Origin: a virus | Taxonomy: Duplodnaviria; Caudoviricetes | IMG/VR virus record: IMGVR_UViG_3300047283_000054 | Reading direction: 5' to 3' (one strand) | Length of the DNA stretch: 64,000 nucleotides | Part shown: piece by piece, positions 57,181 to 64,000 of the stretch | Layout of the letters: the number at the start of each line of letters is the position of its first letter | Position numbering within the stretch: the first letter of the stretch is position 1 | Made by a program: the position numbers and the translations under genes | Notes under the pieces: model-generated | What the model saw: the letters and a program-made list of their open reading frames with translations, nothing else | Told to the model about the DNA's origin: nothing | Databases searched by the model: none

Positions 57181-58425
57181 TTATTGGATAGTATGATAAC
57201 CCCATTGTTTGCTAAAATATGAATTAATAGTTTTTTGGGCATCTGTGTTATTAGTTAAATCAACCCCACAACAATAGTAATGATATATTCCGGTACCTTG
57301 TTTACTAAAATTTACATCCTGTAACCAGGGATTGAATCCTCCAAAACCCACACCATCGGTAACATCTATTAAGTGTTTATTTACTGCTTCCATAAATGCA
57401 GTAATTTTTAATAATTGCATTCGTTTATCAGTATGGGGTGTAAATACATTTGACCAAACATTATTAATTACATTTTCCCAAAAAGTAGAAGGTACATAAC
57501 CTACACCCATGTCAGTTATAACTGGGTGCGTTATTAGAATAAATTTCTTACCATATACCATGTGAAAATTCTTAATCAATTGAATTTGATTTTTATTGGA
57601 TGCATCATTAAAATATAAATTTATAATTGTTTTCAAATCATATATCGGAGTTTTAGATAATGTTTCATTCAAATTAATACTAGCGTAGTCAACGTGATTC
57701 CAAATTGATGTTGGCATCATTAAGTATGTGGTGTACGACAATTTGCCCGAATACACTTTTCTAATCTCAGAAATTAACTGTTGCCAATAATATAAATGTT
57801 CATATGATTCTAAGTTATAGTTACCCTCACTGATAAAAATACCTTGTACTTTGTATTGTTCAGCAGTTATTGCAATTTTTCGTTGATATTCAATGATGTT
57901 GTTAAACATTGATTGTTCGGTATATTTATTAAAATCCGGTGTCAACAATACATCAGTAACACTATCTACAATTTGTAGTGACAACCATACTTGTAATCCT
58001 TGAGATTTTATATACTCAACTAATTTCCAAGTATCTTTGGGAATTGTTTTATCAGTGTTTGCTGTATCATAAAGACTAATACGTCCAGTATGTTTGTTAA
58101 TGGGTGTTTGCAATTGTACAATAATCCCAGTAAATCCTATTTGTTTAATTTTATCAATTGCTGGTTTTACTGATTCGAATGAAGTAGTATGATATCCATT
58201 AATGTCAAATGATTGATTTTTTGATGTATCATATCTGTAATCAAGCTGTGCCAATCTAAATTTATCTACTGATATAGTAGTAGGAGTTTCAAACTGCGAA
58301 ATAGGTTTTATTATTGGAGTAGGGCTTGGGTCTGGTTGGGGAGATCCCCCATCTCCACCACCTCCGCAACCAGTTAGAATAACACTCAATGCCAATAAGC
58401 TTGCAATAATTTTTTTCATGACCAT
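57181..58425 (-). CDS. Lipoprotein with TIM-barrel glycoside-hydrolase-like (GH113/GTA-TIM-like) domain
   Basis: Lipobox ILTGC-GGGG; WQQLISEIRKVYSGKLSY and WNHVDYASIN motifs. Confidence 0.55.
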   Translation of the reverse strand: MVMKKIIASLLALSVILTGCGGGGDGGSPQPDPSPTPIIKPISQFETPTTISVDKFRLAQLDYRYDTSKNQSFDINGYHTTSFESVKPAIDKIKQIGFTGIIVQLQTPINKHTGRISLYDTANTDKTIPKDTWKLVEYIKSQGLQVWLSLQIVDSVTDVLLTPDFNKYTEQSMFNNIIEYQRKIAITAEQYKVQGIFISEGNYNLESYEHLYYWQQLISEIRKVYSGKLSYTTYLMMPTSIWNHVDYASINLNETLSKTPIYDLKTIINLYFNDASNKNQIQLIKNFHMVYGKKFILITHPVITDMGVGYVPSTFWENVINNVWSNVFTPHTDKRMQLLKITAFMEAVNKHLIDVTDGVGFGGFNPWLQDVNFSKQGTGIYHYYCCGVDLTNNTDAQKTINSYFSKQWGYHTIQ

Positions 58426-58661
58426 TTCAATTCATAAAATGTAGCATCTTTGGAATCTTCAAATGCTACGTTACCTAAATAATATTCTACCAAAAACAAT
58501 TGATTGGTTTGAATAATACAAAATCTACCTTTAAGATTATCTAATACCCATTGTTTAGAATCTACTGTCAAAGGAGTAGAAACTAAAATAAAATGTTTTG
58601 GACAAAAGTCTACCTGTCTTTTACCAAACCAAATATAAGGATCAATCTTATATTCAGTCAT
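58416..58661 (-). CDS. Small hypothetical protein, dispersed member of the F..D..F.L[RK]W family
   Basis: Ends VAFEDSKDATFYELKWS. Confidence 0.65.
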   Translation of the reverse strand: MTEYKIDPYIWFGKRQVDFCPKHFILVSTPLTVDSKQWVLDNLKGRFCIIQTNQLFLVEYYLGNVAFEDSKDATFYELKWS

Positions 58662-59080
58662 TTTGTTAAAGTATCCAACATCTTGTATTTTTCATAAGCT
58701 TCAACTACTGCAGGAGTAGAGTTGGTGTTAGTTGGAACCACTTGCATCCACAACCCACTACCATATTCAGCAGGATGCTGATATGCAACACCAAACCCAC
58801 CTTCTTCAACAAAAACCCTAGGTTGATGTATCTTACCCAAATAGTATAATCTACTAGCCATTTCAATTACGTCATCCAGTGATGATTCGCTCAAATCATA
58901 ACGAGATGGTTTACGTGCATATAGATTACCTTCTGCATAGTATTGCTTAACTACATCAATATATTTGTCAAATGTAGGGCACATTGTGCGTGTCACAATG
59001 AACATAACCTCATCGATGGACACTTCGTTTGCCATTAGACTTTGTAAACACCCACCGAGGCTTGTACCAATATACATCAT
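58658..59080 (-). CDS. Hypothetical protein
   Basis: Coupled ORF; GKIHQPR. Confidence 0.65.
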   Translation of the reverse strand: MMYIGTSLGGCLQSLMANEVSIDEVMFIVTRTMCPTFDKYIDVVKQYYAEGNLYARKPSRYDLSESSLDDVIEMASRLYYLGKIHQPRVFVEEGGFGVAYQHPAEYGSGLWMQVVPTNTNSTPAVVEAYEKYKMLDTLTK

Positions 59081-59451
59081 ACAATCATCTTTCTATTACT
59101 TTTAACATAGTCACTATACACTTTTTTGCCGTTCTCTCTAATCCATTCAACAACGGGTTGAGGGTCATCATTAAATACTTCTGTGAGTTCCTTATATCCC
59201 ATTGTGCTAGCGAATTCGTAAATCTCATACGAACGTTGGCTATTCACCTTTGCTCGTAATATCATATGCTGTAATGGAATAGCAGGTGGCTTTTCTGGAA
59301 TACGTTGTTCCTTAAGAATAGCAACAACTTTTAGTTTTTCCCATTCATTATACTGATCCATATAGGAGTCAACATCAAACAGGCACTCAAGACCTTGCAT
59401 ATCCCACATTGCAAGATAGTGTTTAGTTTTCTTCTTTCTTAAGGATGACAT
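59077..59451 (-). CDS. Hypothetical protein
   Basis: Coupled ORF; WDMQGLE, RAKVNSQRSYEIY. Confidence 0.65.
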   Translation of the reverse strand: MSSLRKKKTKHYLAMWDMQGLECLFDVDSYMDQYNEWEKLKVVAILKEQRIPEKPPAIPLQHMILRAKVNSQRSYEIYEFASTMGYKELTEVFNDDPQPVVEWIRENGKKVYSDYVKSNRKMIV

Positions 59452-59671
59452 ATAACATCTCTGCTTTGTTAATTGCGTTTGCCAATGAAGGTTCTGTTTC
59501 TGCTAGTTTAAGAATTTCTTTCCACTCATACCATTTTGTAATGTAATTTTGTGATGTATCTTCTTTAATTAGTGTTCGGTCCGACGATCCACTCTTACGT
59601 GAGTAGATCGTCTTACCACCATCCGGGCTTTCGTAAATGATTATTTCCTCACTAGACTTAATCATCGACAT
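59423..59671 (-). CDS. Hypothetical protein
   Basis: IYESPDGGKTIYSR motif. Confidence 0.65.
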   Translation of the reverse strand: MSMIKSSEEIIIYESPDGGKTIYSRKSGSSDRTLIKEDTSQNYITKWYEWKEILKLAETEPSLANAINKAEMLYVILKKEEN

Positions 59672-59768
59672 CTTTTATCATTCCTAAAAATCTAATTAAG
59701 GCAATAACAAAAAGCCAACATAAGCCTAATATAAGTATTGAAATTATAATATAGTCAAGCCAACTCAT
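59658..59768 (-). CDS. 36-aa single-pass membrane peptide (below the ORF-track cutoff)
   Basis: ATG overlaps the VWA gene stop (TAATG); MSWLDYIIISILILGLCWLFVIALIRFLGMIKDVDD. Confidence 0.55.
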   Translation of the reverse strand: MSWLDYIIISILILGLCWLFVIALIRFLGMIKDVDD

Positions 59769-61045
59769 TATTTTTCATCATAGATAGCATACGTACCGAA
59801 TGGGGGATTCGGATTCTTATCACCATGAATGATCCAAGTAGTATCACAATAGTCTGGATCACCCCAACTACCACAGGGATATCCATCAGTGAAAACAATC
59901 AATCGTTTTGGATCAATAGCGTTATCTTTCAGATACTTAAAGATACAATCAAAGTCAGTGCCACCACCTCCCATTGGCTCATATTCTTCAATGCTTTCCA
60001 TATTCTCACTAGAGAAATCTTTCGGGTTATATGTATCAGTATCAAAGCAGAATACGTGAACCTTATAACCATCAAACGCATCCATCATACCACCAATTTC
60101 ACCTAAGAATTGTTGAGCTTGTTTGTTGCTAATTGAACCTGACATATCAATAGATACTACAACATCAATTTCCTCTCCCGGTGTCATACCGGGCATAATA
60201 GCATCCATATGCCAACCTCTACGTGAGGGACGCATCCAACTGTAATCTGTACGAATGGCACTTGTCAAATTAGTTTGAATCAGTTCACGCCAGGGCATAA
60301 CTGGGTTAGTATGCTGACGGATCAATCGTTCGACACCTAAGGGCAACTGACCTGCTTCTGCACTTTGTGCGGCATTGATAATAGCTTGCTTAACTTCCTG
60401 ACGTACACGCTCACGTTCCTCAGCACTCATTGAGGGACGCTTGCCTTTACCCTCTTTATCTCCATCACCTTCACTATCGCCATCTCCGTCACCATCCATA
60501 TGATCGTCAATCATCTGATCCAACAAATCTTCAATAGAGATTTTCTGTACATTTTTCATCAAATCATCATAGATAGCTTCTGCGGCTTTACCATCATATT
60601 TTGATTCATACAAGCAAGGTACAGTAGTAATGAATTGGCCAACTTTGTGACGTTTCAAATCTGCATTGACTGCATAGTCATCAGCAATATTCCAGATTTC
60701 AGGATCACGATTATCACGGCGACCCATATGATCGTACACCACGTGCAATACTTCGTGACCAACTAGAAACTCAACTTCTTTCGGCTTCAACATCATAATG
60801 AAGCGACTATTATAATAAAACTTCTGACCATCAGTTGCCGCAGTACTACACCATAGATCGGCATTAATCAATTGCATACGTGTGGCAAGATTGCCAAAGA
60901 ATGAATGACGTAATAGTAAACCAATACGTGCGGTTACTAAACGTTCACGTGCTAGTGCATCAATTTTGCTATCTGTAGGTCCTACTAGATTTTCAAATTT
61001 CTTACTACGACTACGTTTTTTAGTGGGATTAAGTACTTCGCTCAT
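59768..61045 (-). CDS. Metallopeptidase-like + VWA domain protein (DUF2201-like)
   Basis: TAATDG, HEVLH (HExxH), DMSGS MIDAS and GGGGTDF motifs. Confidence 0.88.
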   Translation of the reverse strand: MSEVLNPTKKRSRSKKFENLVGPTDSKIDALARERLVTARIGLLLRHSFFGNLATRMQLINADLWCSTAATDGQKFYYNSRFIMMLKPKEVEFLVGHEVLHVVYDHMGRRDNRDPEIWNIADDYAVNADLKRHKVGQFITTVPCLYESKYDGKAAEAIYDDLMKNVQKISIEDLLDQMIDDHMDGDGDGDSEGDGDKEGKGKRPSMSAEERERVRQEVKQAIINAAQSAEAGQLPLGVERLIRQHTNPVMPWRELIQTNLTSAIRTDYSWMRPSRRGWHMDAIMPGMTPGEEIDVVVSIDMSGSISNKQAQQFLGEIGGMMDAFDGYKVHVFCFDTDTYNPKDFSSENMESIEEYEPMGGGGTDFDCIFKYLKDNAIDPKRLIVFTDGYPCGSWGDPDYCDTTWIIHGDKNPNPPFGTYAIYDEK

Positions 61046-61071
61046 ATTGGTCCTTTACTGTTTATGTGTAT

Positions 61072-61100
61072 ATTATAGCAGAATTTCTATTTATTGTCAA
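61072..61100 (-). promoter_or_regulatory. Early sigma70-type promoter (TTGACAATAAAT class)
   Basis: TTGACA-17-TATAAT. Confidence 0.85.
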
Positions 61101-61249
61101 ATAGACAAGCCACGATATCCTGCATCAAATGCAATCCTAGCGTAATCCTGTGCGGACTCAATAGCATACAAGGCCATTCCTTGGTCCTTTGATAAACCTT
61201 TTGCTCGGGCACTTTGCCCCAATGCGTAAAAATATTTCTTACCTGACAT
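61097..61249 (-). CDS. 50-aa hypothetical protein (below the ORF-track cutoff)
   Basis: SD AAGGA; MSGKKYFYALGQSARAKGLSKDQGMALYAIESAQDYARIAFDAGYRGLSI. Confidence 0.6.
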   Translation of the reverse strand: MSGKKYFYALGQSARAKGLSKDQGMALYAIESAQDYARIAFDAGYRGLSI

Positions 61250-61260
61250 TATATTCCTTT

Positions 61261-61287
61261 AAAAAAGGGTGAGCATTACACTCACCC
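61261..61287 (-). terminator. Intrinsic terminator after the MoxR-like ATPase
   Basis: Minus strand GGGTGAG-TGTAATG-CTCACCC-TTTTTT. Confidence 0.8.
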
Positions 61288-61293
61288 ATTAAA

Positions 61294-62394
61294 TCACTCA
61301 CCAGCTTGCACAATGTACTTGCCGTATTTTTTGTGAAACTCATCAAAGTTTTTCAACTGACTTGGCTCAATGGGCAACTTGTAAGTCTTAAGTGCAATCT
61401 TTGCACCCATCACAACTAACTCAGTCTCAAAGTTTGCCATGATGTAGTTAAAGAAGTTGTCAGCCATTTCGTGGAACTTCTTACTATCCACTTTCTTATT
61501 CTCAAGTGCATCACGCAATTCATAGCACATTGAAATAGTCAATGAATACATAGCCGAGATTTCTTTAACTGCAAGGTCCTTCACTTTACCTGACAGAATA
61601 TCACTGGGCTCGGGCATACGACCTGCAACTTTGCGGTGTGCCGCAAACTTAACAGCAAGACCTTCACCAACAGCACCACTGATCAAATTGAACAATGTAT
61701 CGGCATCAGTATCATCCTCGTCATTCAACAAGTCACTAACGAAACACCAGCTACGTGGAGTAGCGAATGCACGGCTTGATGATTTACTATCAAACTCATA
61801 CAGGTCCTGTTTAGCGAATGATAGATAACCTACAACGTCTTTATGAATAGCTTTATTCACAGCCCAAGTCTGCCAAGCAGTAAAATCGGCTCGCATTTCT
61901 AAGTGTAAGAAACGATTAGCAAGGGGCATCGGCATACGATATGTAACGCCTTTGTCACTGTCACGATTACCTGCCGCAACGATAACAACATTATCGGGCA
62001 ATACATACTTACCAACTCTACGATTCAAAATCAGTTGATAGCCAGCTGCCTGTACTGCAGGTGATGCACTATTCATTTCATCTAAAAACAATACCACGAT
62101 CGGATATTGACTTGCAAGTTCCTCATCGGGCAAGTCAACTGGTGCCGCCCAATCCATCTTATTGATATCACGATTGAAGTATGGGATACCACGAATATCT
62201 GTAGGCTCCATTTGTGCCATACGCAAGTCAATCACGTGACCACCAAGCTCGTCAGCAACTTCTGCTACAACTTCACTTTTGCCGATACCGGGCGGACCCC
62301 ACAAAAAGAGTGGGCGTTTTGCCTTGAAAGCTTTAAGAATAGCTTTGCGGGCTTGAACTGACGTAATCGTCAGATTATCTGATACTGATGCCAT
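61294..62394 (-). CDS. MoxR-like AAA+ ATPase
   Basis: WGPPGIGKS, LFLDEMN, AAGNR, PLANRF and TPRSW motifs; neighbours the VWA gene. Confidence 0.88.
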   Translation of the reverse strand: MASVSDNLTITSVQARKAILKAFKAKRPLFLWGPPGIGKSEVVAEVADELGGHVIDLRMAQMEPTDIRGIPYFNRDINKMDWAAPVDLPDEELASQYPIVVLFLDEMNSASPAVQAAGYQLILNRRVGKYVLPDNVVIVAAGNRDSDKGVTYRMPMPLANRFLHLEMRADFTAWQTWAVNKAIHKDVVGYLSFAKQDLYEFDSKSSSRAFATPRSWCFVSDLLNDEDDTDADTLFNLISGAVGEGLAVKFAAHRKVAGRMPEPSDILSGKVKDLAVKEISAMYSLTISMCYELRDALENKKVDSKKFHEMADNFFNYIMANFETELVVMGAKIALKTYKLPIEPSQLKNFDEFHKKYGKYIVQAGE

Positions 62395-62425
62395 TAGATG
62401 CTCCTGTTAAAAATTTGATATATGA

Positions 62426-62454
62426 AGTATAGTAGAAAACTGATTTATTGTCAA
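62426..62454 (-). promoter_or_regulatory. Early sigma70-type promoter (TTGACAATAAAT class)
   Basis: TTGACA-17-TATACT. Confidence 0.8.
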
Positions 62455-62527
62455 ATTTTGAGTTGTTGTTTATTTACAACATCTGCCCACTTGATAAACT
62501 AGTCAGTTTTCTAGCTTCAATACAAGT

Positions 62528-62556
62528 ATTGTATCACCGATTCGATTTATTGTCAA
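62528..62556 (-). promoter_or_regulatory. Early sigma70-type promoter (TTGACAATAAAT class)
   Basis: TTGACA-17-TACAAT. Confidence 0.8.
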
Positions 62557-62557
62557 A

Positions 62558-62854
62558 TTACGGCAGTTTTGTGTATGCTCTACTCAGCATAGTTTGCAAT
62601 AGAGTGCTGGCCCTACTTACGTTAAAGTTTTCTTGACGATAGTGCCATTTTTTCTTACGTTCTGCAATTTCTAGTAGGTCCATTAATTGATACTTGTCTT
62701 TTAGATCACTTGTGCCCATAAGCATTTTCTGCATATCTACAATATCTAAACTGTACTCTACCCATTTCATTGTGCTATCAATTCTTTTCTTAGGGATCAT
62801 TAGTGGCCCATCGATTGATTTACTGTACTTCAATACATAATTTGCTATCTTCAT
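62558..62854 (-). CDS. Hypothetical early protein
   Basis: SD AAGGA and own promoter. Confidence 0.65.
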   Translation of the reverse strand: MKIANYVLKYSKSIDGPLMIPKKRIDSTMKWVEYSLDIVDMQKMLMGTSDLKDKYQLMDLLEIAERKKKWHYRQENFNVSRASTLLQTMLSRAYTKLP

Positions 62855-62881
62855 AATAGGTCCTTAGTTAAATGAAACTCT

Positions 62882-62910
62882 ATTATAGACCCAAAATGAT
62901 TTATTGTCAA
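62882..62910 (-). promoter_or_regulatory. Early sigma70-type promoter (TTGACAATAAAT class)
   Basis: TTGACA-17-TATAAT. Confidence 0.85.
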
Positions 62911-63500
62911 TTTTTAGGCAAAGTAAAATACCATATAGATGTTTTTGGGATGATTGTTACTTGTTGTTTTAGTAAGTCTTCCATGTATTCAACATTTGTA
63001 TTTACATCTGGTATCCTACGGTCCTCATACCAATCATGTCCTAAAAACATTCCTCCTGGTTTGATTTTTGGTAACCAAAAATCAATGTTGTCTCGGTCAC
63101 TAGGGTTGTGATGCGATGCATCTAAAAAAATAAAATCTATGGGCTTTGTCCAATCTTTTACCACTTCGGGACTAGACCCTTGTATTGCAACAATGTTTTT
63201 TCGATCCTCTGTATTTTTTAAGAAAGTCTCTTTTATATTATAACTTCCTTTAGGTGGCAAATTATTTTTGGCAATTACTTCATCACTAAATTGCGGATCA
63301 TATGCATCTCTACCATCCCAAAGATCAATACAATATAATGTACCCTTATGAATTGCTACAGATATTGCATAACTACTTCTACCATGCAGGCATCCAACCT
63401 CTACACCAACACAATCTGGATGATTGTATTTCAATAATAATTTAATTGTTTCTGTTTGATGCGGGCCAGAAAACCAACCCAAGATATTGTTCATGTTCAT
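62907..63500 (-). CDS. Class I SAM-dependent methyltransferase (Methyltransf_24-like)
   Basis: VEVGCLHGRS, CIDLW, DFIFLDASH and KPGGMFLGHD motifs. Confidence 0.85.
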   Translation of the reverse strand: MNMNNILGWFSGPHQTETIKLLLKYNHPDCVGVEVGCLHGRSSYAISVAIHKGTLYCIDLWDGRDAYDPQFSDEVIAKNNLPPKGSYNIKETFLKNTEDRKNIVAIQGSSPEVVKDWTKPIDFIFLDASHHNPSDRDNIDFWLPKIKPGGMFLGHDWYEDRRIPDVNTNVEYMEDLLKQQVTIIPKTSIWYFTLPKN

Positions 63501-63751
63501 TTCATTAGATTAGCCATCAATACTAGTTTTTCTAAGTGATTGATTGCTGTATTGATTTCTTTTACTCTATCATCAAGCATACTGTATTTGCCTGTTCTGC
63601 GTAGATTGACTTCAAGTTTACTTAATTCACTTACCATTTTACCAATATTCAAATGCATACGTACTAGATCGGGATTATAGCCAATGCCATTCATTTGACT
63701 ACTTAAGTCAATGCTAACTTGATTCCAATCTATTGCACGTTCTATTTTCAT
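63497..63751 (-). CDS. Hypothetical protein
   Basis: ORF with promoter TTGACA-17-TACATT (63758-63786). Confidence 0.65.
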   Translation of the reverse strand: MKIERAIDWNQVSIDLSSQMNGIGYNPDLVRMHLNIGKMVSELSKLEVNLRRTGKYSMLDDRVKEINTAINHLEKLVLMANLMK

Positions 63752-63787
63752 ATCGCTAATGTAACATAGTATGATATTTATGTCAAC

Positions 63788-63812
63788 AAAAAAGGCTCAT
63801 AAAGAGCCTTTT
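63788..63812 (-). terminator. Intrinsic terminator
   Basis: AAAAGGCTC-ATAAA-GAGCCTTTT with a T-run on the minus strand. Confidence 0.75.
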
Positions 63813-63828
63813 ATAATAGTATATTAAA

Positions 63829-64000
63829 TTACGCTACGAATGGAGTATATTCGATACCAGTTGTTGCTAGTCCAACTAAACCTATAGTTGTTTCAAATGC
63901 GGATAACTCACTTGCGGCTACTAAAACATCTGCTTGACTTAGATTACTAGAAGTCATCCAAGTCGTGTATTCATTGACTTGCGCCAATGTAGCATCAGTG
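63829..64000 (-). CDS. C-terminal fragment of a protein resembling DUF4214/S-layer-type C-termini
   Basis: Manual translation ...SQADVLVAASELSAFETTIGLVGLATTGIEYTPFVA*. Confidence 0.45.
   Translation of the reverse strand, partial: TDATLAQVNEYTTWMTSSNLSQADVLVAASELSAFETTIGLVGLATTGIEYTPFVA

Noticed and set aside
1-64000. Alternative genetic code (stop-codon reassignment)
   Set aside because: Core genes are full length and tightly packed under code 11, and TAA, TGA and TAG all terminate genes at sensible positions.

Overview
This 64 kb window is a gene-dense, AT-rich segment of a large T4-related tailed phage (myovirus-like, probably a jumbo phage). It uses the standard genetic code and is mostly transcribed on the minus strand. 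Recognisable core genes: gp13/gp14 neck, gp15-like tail terminator, gp9/10-like baseplate protein, a long tail fibre, large terminase, gp41 helicase, gp61 primase, gp62-like clamp-loader subunit, gp32 SSB, UvsX/UvsY/UvsW, thyA, and a spanin pair. Accessory genes: Fe/Mn SOD, MazG, NUDIX, IscA, ROK kinase, three radical SAM enzymes, DegT aminotransferase, NDP-sugar epimerase, glycosyltransferase-like proteins, two methyltransferases, and a MoxR AAA + VWA pair. The most interesting signals are: (1) a 190-aa minimal DnaE/Pol III-alpha core coupled to a DEDDh exonuclease; (2) proteins with T4-style capsid-targeting N-termini (MRAxEFxxE) and Glu-delimited modules, including the SOD, suggesting a virion cargo system; (3) a tandem array of small paralogues sharing a C-terminal F-x-x-x-x-D-x-x-x-F-x-L-[RK]-W motif; (4) a clear regulatory grammar: eight TTGACAATAAAT sigma70-type promoters, a GATAAATA late promoter, hairpins that hide late-gene start sites on read-through RNA, many leaderless genes, and a three-hairpin 5' leader. 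I saw no tRNA, rRNA, CRISPR array, integrase or reverse transcriptase. All family assignments come from motif recognition by eye, not from database searches.
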